DNA of 63,159 nucleotides, filler included, from Octopus bimaculoides (Eukaryota), in the NCBI RefSeq assembly GCF_001194135.2. It is 4 parts of 4 records of this genome, joined end to end, with 100 filler letters (N's around TTAATTAATTAA, not from the genome) between each part and the next. Parts side by side here need not be neighbours in the genome. Positions count along the whole stretch, not along the records: positions 23,782 to 46,742 come from NC_069002.1; positions 46,843 to 53,901 come from NC_068986.1; positions 54,002 to 63,159 come from NC_069001.1; 1 more part is not named here. The stretch is one strand, 5' to 3'. Positions 43,969 through 55,864 of the stretch are shown piece by piece. Numbering within the stretch: position 1 is the stretch's first letter; each line of letters begins with the position of its first letter. The translations under genes were made by a program, and so were the position numbers. Below the pieces are notes generated by a model, which worked only from the letters and a program-made list of their open reading frames with translations, was not told where the DNA came from and made no database searches.

Positions 43969-45004
43969 TTGAAAAACCGGAAAACGAAAAATAAATTCAG
44001 AAAGAAGCAAATGAGGGGTTAAGAATTATTTCTCTTAGACTGTAAGTTATAAGGCTGAAAAGATATTAGCCTAGAGCCTATGGTACAGTTATTCAATCCG
44101 GTAACGTAGGCACTATCCAATTCGTGAACAGAAACTTAGCCATATGAAAATTTCGGATCTAGAGTTCCGTACTGAGTTAGAATTATTAGATCTGAAAGGG
44201 ATCTGAATTCTTTCAGCTGCGCATAGCTTACACTTTTTTGATCCGTGAACAATTGGTGTGGATTTTTCGACTATTTTTCACTTTATCGCATTTAACAGGC
44301 GCTCAGGGAAATTATCATATAGTTGCTGCCGCAATATGCAGAGTATCATTACACGACACCAACACCAAGAGCCCGCTCTCAGTTGTAACTGTCGAGATAC
44401 AAGAACCTATCCACTCTACCAGCGACGTATGATTAATTCCGTCAGATATGATGCAGAAGTTACAGCAACGCTAGATAATAACGCTAGATAATAATAAGAG
44501 CTATATCGGATTATGTGAAAGAGAATTCCAAAATCGCTATGCTAATCACATATCTTCCTTCTGACACAGGGGCAAAAAAGTAAAGCTACTAAGTTGGCTA
44601 GCCATGTAAGGGATTTGAAATCGAACACCACACTACACTACATACAATAAAATGGAAAAGTAATCGAAAAATCTATATGTTAACAGATATAAAAAAAAAT
44701 CCATATGTTAACATATAAAAACGTAAGCTATGCATAGCTGAAAGAACTCATATCCTTTTCAGATCTAAGAACTCTAACTCACTGCTGAACTCTTGATCCA
44801 AATTTTCAGCAGTGGTAAGCATATGGCTAAGTTCTTGTTGACGAATTGGGAAGTGCCCCCCCCCCCCCATTACAGGATTGAATAACTGTGCCATAAGTTC
44901 TAGGCCAGTATCTTTTCAACCTAATAATTTACGGTCTAAGGTAAATAACTCTTATTCCTCCTTTTGCTTCTTTCTGATTTCTTTTTCGTTTTCCGGTTTT
45001 TCAA
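43969..45004 (+). mobile_element. Penelope-like element 3' fragment (GIY-YIG) flanked by about 260-bp inverted repeats
   Basis: KLSYSCCRNMQSII..CNCR..KSYIGLCEREFQNRYANHISSF..CKLCIAERTHILF..KHMAKFLL; 43969-44231 is an inverted copy of 44723-45004. Confidence 0.8.
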
Positions 45005-45615
45005 CCTTCCACCTTTTACGTATACTTCTTTCTCACCCTTCCTCGCTTTTTCTCTCTCTTATTTTTAGTTCGTTATGTCATGTTGGCAGTGACTGGTGAT
45101 TGTGCTGGAAAAGCAGGCATGTTATAAAACATTATTTGACATGTTCTCAGCACATGAAACTTATAGTATCACATTAAAACATATATTGTGCTTATTAAAT
45201 AATATCTCTCACCAGACGGAGTACTATATATATATAGTATAGGCAGAGTAGGCAGTTGGTGATCTTTATGTAGTAAAACACACAAAAAATAAGCGAAACA
45301 CATGCGCGTGACTGAGTTGAAGGCAGATTTACTTCTGCTTTTATAGTACGTAAAGAATATGTTATTGTAGGGATATACATAGCACATGTACTATACAGCA
45401 GTATTAAGCATAGCTTAAATACTGAGATTGAAATGCAGGGAGAAATTATGCCTACCTAATCTATAAAAAAAAGAAATATTTTGCATTTTATGCATAGCAA
45501 TCAGAGTAACCTTCATAATTTTATTGAATTAGGTGCATATTTTTCCATAAAAGGAAAATGTTGCTATCAATGCATTTTATTTAAGATAGGCACTGCCTAC
45601 CTAGGCGGCACGCCC

Positions 45616-45680
<65 letters not shown>

Positions 45681-46109
45681 CTGTGTTTGTCCGCCCACCA
45701 TCGCTTGACAACCGATGGTGGTGTGTTTACGATCCCGTAACCTAGCAGTTCAGCAAAAGAAGCCGACAAAGAATAAGTCCTGGGTCGATTTGTTCGACTT
45801 AAGACAGTGCTCCAGCATGGGAGCTGTCAAAAGACTGAAACAAATAAGAGAATTTGCAAAAATATGTACCACATGATCACATACGCACACATGTATATGC
45901 ACAAATTGAAATGTTCGTGAATGTGTAGCCATACCTATATACACATATTATATTAGCATATACATATACAACTCTATATCAACGTATACGAATATATCTC
46001 TATATTATGACACGCAAACTTATCTCCGTATTATCACACACATATATATATCTGCATTAGCGCACACATATATTTTCATAAGTATATACATACATAAATA
46101 CATGCACAC

Positions 46110-46150
<41 letters not shown>

Positions 46151-46284
46151 TNNNNNNNNNNNNNNNNNNNNNNNNNNNNNNNNNNNNNNNNNNNNNNNNN
46201 NNNNNNNNNNNNNNNNNNNNNNNNNNNNNNNNNNNNNNNNNNNNNNNNNNNGAGTATATAATTCTCATGTCGTCGGTGTTAAAA

Positions 46285-46670
46285 CACGTTAGAGTCATGG
46301 AAAGGCGAGGTAACTCACCCTGCATCCCTTTCGGGGGCCATGTACATCGATTTTTCGCACGTTAGTCATGGACAGGCGAGGTAACTCGACCTCCAACCCT
46401 TTTGGGAGCCAAGGACATCAATTTATCGCACGTTAGAGTCATGGACAGGCGAGGTAACTCACCCGCCATCCCTTTTGGGAGCCATATACATCAATTTTTC
46501 GAACGTTAGTCATGGACAGGCGTGGTAACTCACTCTTAATCCCTTTTGGGAGCCGTGGACATCGATTTTTGGCACGTTAGTCATGTACAGGCGAGATAAC
46601 TCACACTCCATCCCTTTTTGGGAGACATGGACATCGATTTTTGGCACGTTAGTCATGGACAGGCGAGGTA
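46285..46670. repeat. Minisatellite with about 72-bp unit, about 5.4 copies
   Basis: Units start at 46285, 46358, 46429, 46502, 46573, 46645; consensus CACGTTAG(AG)TCATGGACAGGCGAGGTAACTC..CCCTTTTGGGAGCC..ACATCGATTTTT. Confidence 0.9.
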
Positions 46671-46742
46671 AGAGAGTCGAAGGGGAGGAGTCGAAGTGGA
46701 GGAAGAAGTAGAAGTACAAGAAAAAGAAGATGATGATGAAGA

Positions 46743-46842
46743 NNNNNNNNNNNNNNNNNNNNNNNNNNNNNNNNNNNNNNNNNNNNTTAATTAATTAANN
46801 NNNNNNNNNNNNNNNNNNNNNNNNNNNNNNNNNNNNNNNNNN
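46743..46842. other. Artificial scaffold join (44N + TTAATTAATTAA + 44N)
   Basis: Linker at 46787-46798. Confidence 0.9.
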
Positions 46843-46847
46843 TATAT

Positions 46848-47040
46848 ATGTATGTATCTATATATGTATGTATCTATATATGTATGTATCTATATATGTA
46901 TGTATCTATATATGTATGTATCTATATATGTATGTATCTATATATGTATGTATCTATATATGTATGTATCTATGTATATGTATGTATCTATGTATATGTA
47001 TGTATCTGTATATGTATGTATCTATATATGTATGTAGCTA
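46848..47040. repeat. 16-bp tandem repeat (TATGTATGTATCTATA)n
   Basis: Directly visible; units degrade toward the 3' end. Confidence 0.85.
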
Positions 47041-47261
47041 TCTATATGTGTGTATGTATATGTGTGTGTGTATAGTGTGTGTGTCCTCATCTAGACCTTG
47101 TGTGATGATTGTAAATGAGCATTCTCATCGTGCAAGTGAAATTGTTTATTTCCAGTCTTTTGTAATAAAAACATGTCTAACCATGGGAAAATCTTACCTT
47201 GCTTGGAAACAGGTGAGAGTTGGTGACAGGAAGGGTATCTAGAAAAATAATTTGTGCATAT

Positions 47262-47298
<37 letters not shown>

Positions 47299-47837
47299 NN
47301 NNNNNNNNNNNNNNNNNNNNNNNNNNNNNNNNNNNNNNNNNNNNNNNNNNNNNNNNNNNNNNNNNNNNNNNNNNNNNNNNNNNNNNNNNNNNNNNNNNNN
47401 NNNNNNNNNNNNNNNNNNNNNNNNNNNNNNNNNNNNNNNNNNNNNNNNNNNNNNNNNNNNNNNNNNNNNNNNNNNNNNNNNNNNNNNNNNNNNNNNNNNN
47501 NNNNNNNNNNNNNNNNNNNNNNNNNNNNNNNNNNNNNNNNNNNNNNNNNNNNAATGACCGAGAACTTTGGCTATATGCTGTGCTTGAGAAGACTTGTCAA
47601 GTCAAGTGAAAGCATAGTTATGGTTGATGCCAGTGTCATGTAACTAGCACCTGTGCCAGTGGCACGTAAAATGCACCCATTTCACTCTTGGAGTGTTTGG
47701 TATTAGGAAGGGCATCCAGCTGTGGAAAACAAGCTAAATCAGAGTGGAACCTAGTGTTGCTCTCCAGCTTACCAGTTTCAGTCAAACTGTCTAACCCATG
47801 CCAGCATGGAAAGCAGATGCTAAATGATGATGATATA

Positions 47838-50010
47838 TATAATCATCATCATCCTTTAATGTTCATTTTCTGGCTTGGGTTGGACAGTTTGACCAGAACT
47901 GGCAGGAGGAGAGCTGCACCAGGTCCAGTCTGATTTGGCTTGTTTTCTATGGCTGGATGCCCTTCCTAATGCCAACCACTTTACAGTTTGTGCTGGTTGC
48001 TTCTAATGTGACACTAATATGAGTGCTTTTTATGTGGCACCAGCACAGAGCTCTTGCAGGCCAGTCCTCTTCAGCTGGGGGAGTGGAATTAATGCTTCTG
48101 CTGTGGAGGACAGATCTTGAGGTGAGGACAGCAAGGTGCCAGATATCTCCATCTTTTGTCATCTCCAGGTTCAGTGTCATCCTTCAGTCCCATGTCTTCC
48201 TGGGCCTCCCTCTTCCCCGTGTTTTATCCACCTTCAGTGATTGGTACTCCTTTGTGGAGCTGTTGACATCCATCAGCATCACATGACCAAACCAGCACAG
48301 TCTTCTCTCTTGCATATTGCATCTAATTCCTCTTCTGCCTAACTTTTCTCTCAACATGCTAGCACTCTGTTGCACATGTATACTTACATTGCACATTGAG
48401 TGAAGCATACTAGCCTCATCCCTTTGTAACCTTTGTATGTTCTCTGCATTCAGGGCTAATGTCTCACTACTGTGTAGCATTGCTGTTTGTATACATGCAC
48501 CATACAATCTTCCCTTCACTTGGAGAGAGACATCTTTGGTTGCCAACAGAGGTAAGAGCTCTCCAAATTTTCTCTGTCCCATTCTTTTTCTAGTTATTAC
48601 AGTTTCCATACATCCTCCCCCACCACTAATTTGGTCCTCTATGTGGCAGAAATTATCCACTACCCCTAATGAGCCTCTGGGGCATTTGAGAAAATCAATT
48701 TCCTGAGTATCTAGTTTTTATGGCTCCTGTGTATCATCCACATATGAACACTACTTTCTCTGATAATCTTCCTATTATTCCACTATACCCCTTGTGTCCA
48801 CAGCTTACACTGAGTATACTATGTGGAATTCCTGCCTACACTTTTCTTAAAAATTGAGCAGGGCCATTTACCTGTAGGAGGTAGGGTCTTATCTGTTTTC
48901 TTGCTTACTAAAATCGTAGTCTTTACTAAGTTACCTTTAAGGCCCTTAAATTCTTGGTTTTGCTTCTATACCTGGAATTTCTTTCCTAGTTTTGATATAG
49001 AATCTGCTATGAGGGCAAAATCATCAGCATACAGTAGTTTTCAGGGGTTGCCAATCTTGAATGCCTCTGTTATGGCCTGGAGGGCAATGATGAAAAGGTG
49101 GGGCCTGAGGGCTGAGCCTTGATGAACACAGTGCTTCCAGAAGTCAGTTTTCCTGGGGTGTGCAGGTCTTCCTAAGAACTATGCATTGCCAGTCATCCCA
49201 GTTCCTTGTCATCTCCTGTGTGAATCTCAGGGTTTTCAGACCAGTTTTTTGCACTCCATCCATGTCTTCCTGGATCTCTCTTGTCCACAGGCTTCAGCCA
49301 TGCTTAGTAATCAGCGCTTCTTTAAAAAGCTGTCCTCATCCATATGCATCACATGTCCACACTAGCACATTCTTTCTTGCACATTACATCTGATTTCTCT
49401 TATGCCCAGTTTTTTTCTCATCGCACTTATACTACATCATTCATGCATGCTTACATTGCATGTCTAATGTAACATAGTTGCTTCATTTCTTTCCAGTTTT
49501 CATAAGTCCTCTGCTTTCAAAGCCTATGGCTTACTACTCTGCAGCATTGCAGTTGTATCACAAGCATCACAGTCTCCCATTTACTCTGTAGGAAAAGACT
49601 TTTGTTGCCAACAGTGACAGTAGCTCCCCGAACTTTCTGAAACCCATTCTTACTTTGGTTATTATACTTTCAGAGCAACCACCTCTCTTGCTGATTACCT
49701 CTCTTATGTAGCAAAAGCTATCAACTACTTATAGTGAGCCATCCAGGCATGCAAGGGAGTCTATTTCCAATGTATTCATAGTATGTATTACTCCAGTGCA
49801 CCCGTCACATATGAAGCTTATGTCTTCTGCTAATCTGCTTTGGATTCCACTACATCTCTTGTGTTCATAGCTTACACTGTGCTCCCCTACCCTCACTTCA
49901 TCTTGAAGACCATAAACAGGATTTGAATCTGCAGTTATCCATGTAAATGCAATCCTTGTGTCTACTTTTCTCTGCCTTTTTTTAAAAACACACGCACACA
50001 CACTTTTGGC
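47838..50010 (-). mobile_element. 5'-truncated degenerate RTE-clade LINE (RT, C-terminus, (ATG)n tail)
   Basis: VHQGSALRPHLF..LLYADD (YADD near 49020-49031); KGRLYGAC..MLHSSET..RRLCWFGHV..GRGRPRKTW; tail seen as (cat)n at the left end. Confidence 0.85.
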
Positions 50011-50463
50011 TACATTTCTTTTGTGATCTACTTCTTGAAAGTTTTGTGCTACTTTATCAGAAATAGATCTGACAACCCCGGATCAGATACTTTAATAGCT
50101 GTGCCAAAATTTGTATGAAGTTTTTCATTGTCTGGAGAACACAGGTTTTGATAGATTGAGTTATTTTCATTTTTTGGTGAACAAGTGGTGTGTGCTGTTT
50201 TTCTTAGTTTGGATGTCCATTCTTACTATGAAACCATCACCTTTGGGAACAAAATTAGTGCTTAAATAAACTGAGGCAAGCATAATAATAATATACTTTA
50301 TCTTTTATTACTTTTAATCATTGGACTGTGATCTTCTGAGCTCTTAGCTTTGACACAGTATTTTGTCTGGTACTTATTTTATTGATTTAAGGACGGGAAA
50401 AGGCAGTCAGCATAAAAAGGGACATTTTCATTCACTTAATTTTTTTTGGACGTCCCCCCACTA

Positions 50464-50528
<65 letters not shown>

Positions 50529-51112
50529 CATATTAAACAAGCAGGCATGATTGTGTGGTAAGAAGCTTGCTTCCCACTCACATGGTTCTGGGTTCAGTCT
50601 CACTGTATGGCACCTTGAGCAAATGTCTTCTATAGCCTTGGGCCAATTAAAGCCTTATGAGTGGATTTGGTTGATAGAAGCTGAAAGAAGCCTGTTGTAT
50701 ATATATATATATGTGTGTGTTTGTGTGTGTACATGTATGCGGATGTGTTTGTGTGTACATGTGTGCAGGCATGTGTGTGTGTGCATGCGCATGCATCTTT
50801 GTGTCTGTGCTTGCCCCCCACCACTTGACAACCACTTGACAACTGGTGTTGGTATGTTTGTGTCCCTGTAACTTAGCAGTTCAGCAAAGAGACTAATAGA
50901 ATAAGGATAAGGTTTAAAAAAAGTAAAACGCACTGGATGTTGATTCGTTCAAATAAAAATTCTTCAAGGCAGTGCCCCAGCATGGGCACAGTCTTAATGA
51001 CTGAAATGAGTAAAAGCCTTTGGTTGACCTGAGGCTTTGGCAAAAGATACTTAAGGTTGTTATACATTAGGATTGACATCCCAAAACAAAGTGAATGCAA
51101 AGTAAACTTCAT

Positions 51113-51545
51113 AGGCGTAGGAGTGGCTGTGTGGTAAGTAGCNNNNNNNNNNNNNNNNNNNNNNNNNNNNNNNNNNNNNNNNNNNNNNNNNNNNNNNNNN
51201 NNNNNNNNNNNNNNNNNNNNNNNNNNNNNNCTTCTACTATAGCCTTGGGCCAACCAAAGCTTTGTGAGTGGATTTAGTAGACTGAAACTGAAAGAAGCCC
51301 GTCGTATATATGTGTATATATGTATGTATGTGTGTGTATATGTTTGCGTGTCTGTGTTTGTCCCCCCAACGTCGCTTGACAACCGATGCTGATGTGTTTA
51401 CGTCCCTGTAACTTAGCGGCTCGGCAAAAGAGACCGATAGAATAAGTACTAGGCTTACAAAGAATAAGTCCTGGGGTCGATTTGATCGACTAAAGGCGGT
51501 GCTCCAGCATGGCCACAGTCAAGTGACTGAAACAACTAAAGAGAG
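51113..51545 (+). mobile_element. Family A tRNA-derived SINE
   Basis: Same family on +. Other + copies near 10846-11253, 28007-28110, 32575-32960, 45655-45850, 50539-51015, 53567-53770, 54240-54450, 57213-57530. Confidence 0.85.
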
Positions 51546-51578
51546 AGTAACTGTACTCCTGAATAAAACTCAGTTTGA

Positions 51579-51974
<396 letters not shown>

Positions 51975-53294
51975 TGAGTTGTAGGACTGCATTGAGCTCC
52001 AGTGTCAGCTTCGGCATGATTTCTACAGCTGGATGCCTTCCTAATACCAACCACTTTACAGAGTGTGCTGGGTGCTTTTTCTGTGACACTGGCACTAATG
52101 AGGTCAACAAGTAACTTGCAAGAAAAGACAAAGCCCCCTCAACTGAGTGTGTTTGTATTTGAGAGAGAGGGGGAAATGGCTTTATGCCAGGTGTTGAGAG
52201 GCTAAAGTATGACAGAGGGACAAGCACAGATGTCTTGAAATAGTTAAGATATCTGACTACTCCACATTATATAAGCATAAGTAAGAGTAGCTGGAAAGAA
52301 GATGATGGCGGCATTGAGGTAGTAAGGCAGTATTTGAAAGTATTCAGTGCATAATATAAAAGAGTCAGAAGAAATATCACAAGACATTTTGTCAGATTCT
52401 CTAACAATTTTGCCGAGCCAACATCCTGTACTAGTACTTTATTGTATCAATCCCAGAATGATCGTTTGAGCTCTTGAGGTTGTGTACTGTACCTTTGTTA
52501 GGCTTCCTATATGGGTAATACTTACCTGTACTGAGGTCTAAGGTTATATCTAAGATATAATGTGTGTGTGTGAGTGTGGGGGGGTGGGGTGTTAGTCTCT
52601 TTGCCTTGATGTTGTGCTACAATTGTAAACAAGTACCACTGTCATGCAAGTAGTGACCTTCATTTCCAATCTTTTGTGGTAACATGTCTGGTTATGTTGA
52701 AACATTATCTTAGAAACAGATGAAGGTTGGCCATTGGAAGGGCTTCTGGCTGTAGAAGATCTGCCTCCACAAATTCTGTCTGACCATGTGAGCTTGAAAA
52801 GGTGAATATTGAAACAATGATGATGATGCAGTTCTCATGTTCTCCAGCCTGTTGCAGATATCAAACTATATATTGTCTGCTGCACCTGTTAATGCTATTT
52901 AGAATGCAGTCTCTTCTGCTTTTTTGAACAACAAAATCCTTTGTTGAACAGTTTCTCTCCTTATATGGTAGACAGAATTCTCCCTCTGTTTTAACACCAT
53001 AACCTTACCATTGGTTACCTTGAAGAATGTCAACTGTTACAAGCATTTGGGTCAAGTTTCCAGTCAGAGGTAACTCAGTACACTATTTTGTATCACAACA
53101 ACATAAGCTTTCTTTCTCCCTTACCAGTCTTGGAAGTCCCGGAAAAGCCATATCCATTGTCTGTTTTCTATATTAATTGTGCTCAATATTTTTGACATTA
53201 TACCCACTGGAGATAAAAAAGAAAGTTAAACAGATTAAATGAAAAATAATTACTAGGTGCAAATGGCATAGAAACTTAAACCACACTGTTCTAT

Positions 53295-53552
53295 ATTTAA
53301 GAGATGAGGAATTATTTACATTATTTACATTTGACGGATATTCGTCCTCATCTTGTTTGTTGTTAACACGTTTCGGCTGATATATCCTCCAGCCTTCGTC
53401 AGGTGTCTTGGGGAAATTTCGAACCTGGGTTCTCATTCCTATCGATGTTACTATTATTATATTATTATTATTATTACTATTATTAATCAGGTCGCTGCCG
53501 TGAATCGAACTCGGAACCTTGGGGTTAGTAGCCTGCGCTCTTAACCACTATG
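53295..53552 (-). mobile_element. Family D SINE: tRNA-like head, (AAT)n linker, hammerhead-like tail
   Basis: Head TAGTGGTTAAGAGCGCAGGCTACTAACCCC..GAGTTCGATTC; tail GACAC-CTGACGA-A-GGCTG..CAGCC-GAAAC. Confidence 0.75.
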
Positions 53553-53738
53553 TTGAAAATTTAAAAGAGTAGGAGTGGCTGTGTGGTAAGTAGCTTGCTT
53601 ACCAACCACATGGTTCCAGGTTCAGTCCCACTGCGTGACACCTTGGGCAAATGTCTTCTACTATAGCCTTGGGCCGACCAAAGCCTTGTGAGTAGATTTG
53701 GTAGATGGAAACTGAAAGAAGCCCATCGTATATATGTG

Positions 53739-53769
<31 letters not shown>

Positions 53770-53813
53770 ATATAGTAATTTTATTACTTTCATCTGTTTT
53801 TTTTTTTATTTAG

Positions 53814-53882
53814 GAAAACATTTTACTGGATGAACATCACAATGTTAAAATCATTGACTTTGGGCTTTGTGCTAAACCTAAG
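53814..53882 (+). CDS. MELK: MELK kinase internal exon containing DFG
   Basis: poly-T...ttag|GAA AAC...CCT AAG|gttagt; 69 nt, phase 0 to 0; ENILLDEHHNVKIIDFGLCAKPK, where DFGLCAKPK is characteristic of MELK. Confidence 0.92.
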
Positions 53883-53901
53883 GTTAGTTAAATGGTATTT
53901 T

Positions 53902-54001
53902 NNNNNNNNNNNNNNNNNNNNNNNNNNNNNNNNNNNNNNNNNNNNTTAATTAATTAANNNNNNNNNNNNNNNNNNNNNNNNNNNNNNNNNNNNNNNNNNN
54001 N
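53902..54001. other. Artificial scaffold join (44N + TTAATTAATTAA + 44N)
   Basis: Linker at 53946-53957; separates the MELK exons from the ATAD5 exons. Confidence 0.9.
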
Positions 54002-54013
54002 AGAAAAGCACTA

Positions 54014-54091
54014 TCACGTGACCTTATTAAGGGCTGTGATTGGTCAGTTTGCGTTCTGGCGGGAACAGTACGAAGCAGTTGCCGCTTCAAA
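54014..54091. promoter_or_regulatory. Promoter-like motif cluster: E-box, CCAAT box, E2F site, CHR-like element
   Basis: TCACGTGA 54014-54021; ATTGG 54039-54043; TGGCGGGAA 54057-54065; TTCAAA (reverse TTTGAA) 54086-54091; locally CpG-rich. Confidence 0.45.
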
Positions 54092-55079
54092 TAATAATTA
54101 GTCATGTGATGACAGGGAAAGACGTTTTCTACTACGCCCGAACTTGATTATATTTATAACAGCGAGAGAAGATGGCTTCTTTGTATATAATGGCGATCGA
54201 GATGTTAGTTTCACTACATATATATATATATATATGTATGTATGTATGTGTTTGTGTTTGTCCCCCCCAACATTGCTTGACAACCGATGCTGGTGTGTTT
54301 ATGTCCCTGTAACTTAGCAGTTTGGCAAAAAGACCGATAGAATAAGTACTGAGCTTACAAAAAATAAGTCCTGGGGTCAATTTGCTTGACTAAAGGCAGT
54401 GCTCCAGCATGGCTACAGTCAAATGACTGAATCAAATAGAATAAAAGAATATATATATACATACATACATACATACATACATCAAGGAATTATGAGAGGG
54501 GCAGGGCATTTGTGTCAGAGGATGAAAGTCAGAGTGTGACAAAGAAATAAAGAGACAGAAGCAGGTGTCTTTCCACAACAGAGGGGGCAATTAGAGGAGG
54601 TGGTCCAGTATCAAATGATGAAAGGTTAGAGTATAACAGAGAAACAGAGAGGTAGAAATAGGTGTCTTGCTATAGAGGAGGTACATGGTTACCTAGTGAA
54701 AGAGAGAGAGGGAGGTACAGAAAGAGGCCAGAAACAAGTGTGCTGATGTAAAGGTGATACTTGGTTACTTAGAGGAAAAACAAGAGGAGGGAGAGAGTGA
54801 CCAAAGGGAAAGAGAGAGAGTAGGAAACAGCAAAAGTGTAAGAGAGAGTAGAAGAGAGATGGTGTAGTGCTTTGGTATACTCACAAGTAACAAGAATATG
54901 AACATAGAACCTGGTTAAAAAAATACAGAATGGGTGTGGATGGTGGGGTGTATAGGGAGCAGTGAGGGCAAGAAAGGGGATTGGAAAACAATCATAATGT
55001 ATGAGGAGGAAATGTGAGGAAGAGAAAGATGCAATTAGAAGAGGAGTTGTAGTTTGATTTCTTAGGGTAGAGAGGGTGA

Positions 55080-55640
55080 AAAGAGTGTTGTTACATGTGA
55101 GTGGGACACAACTCTTCTACACTCAGTTTTGTGGACGGGTTTTCCCTAGGACCTCATATCGCCAAGCATCTCGGTCTACTGTCATTTCCTCTATGAGGCC
55201 CAACATCCTAAGATCGGTCCTCACCACTTCATCCCATGTCTTCCTGGGTCTCCCTCTTCCACAGATACCATCCACTTTCAGCAGCAGACACTTCTGTATA
55301 CAGCTGTCTTCACTCATATGCATCATATGTCCAAACCAACACAGTCTCCTCTCTTGCACACTACGTTTAATCCCTCTTATGCCTAACTTTTCTCTTTCTT
55401 GACACAGCTGTGCTTTGTTAGTCATGCACACTGATGTTGCAAATCCAATGGAGCATACTATCTTCATTCTTCTCCACTCTACACATATCCTCCGCAGTCA
55501 GATCCCATGTCTCACTATCGTGTAACATAGCCATTACCACACAAGCACTGTACAACCTACCCTTCACTTCTAGTGAGAGTCTGCTTGCTGCCAACAGGGG
55601 TCATAGTTTTCTGAACTTCCTCCACCCTATTCTTATTCTA
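55080..55640 (-). mobile_element. RTE LINE 3' fragment
   Basis: ORF 55123-55467 with REKLGIRGIKRSVQERRLCWFGHMM..GRGRPRKTWDEVVR. Confidence 0.8.
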
Positions 55641-55864
55641 GAAACAATACTTTCAGAGCATATATTATATATATTATATACATATGCACATATTTACATA
55701 AATAACAGGTTTCATTCACTTCTGTCTTCTAAAAGTTACTCAAGATGCTGCATGCTAGGACTGAATCTGACACCTCTTGGTTGTAAAGCGTGCTTCCTAA
55801 CCATGCAGCCATTCCTACACACACACACTGTACAGTTACTTATCAAAACTGCTTTCTCTTTCAG

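Noticed and set aside
46285-46670. CRISPR-like array
   Set aside because: Whole units are homologous with no unique spacers, the context is eukaryotic and there are no cas genes.
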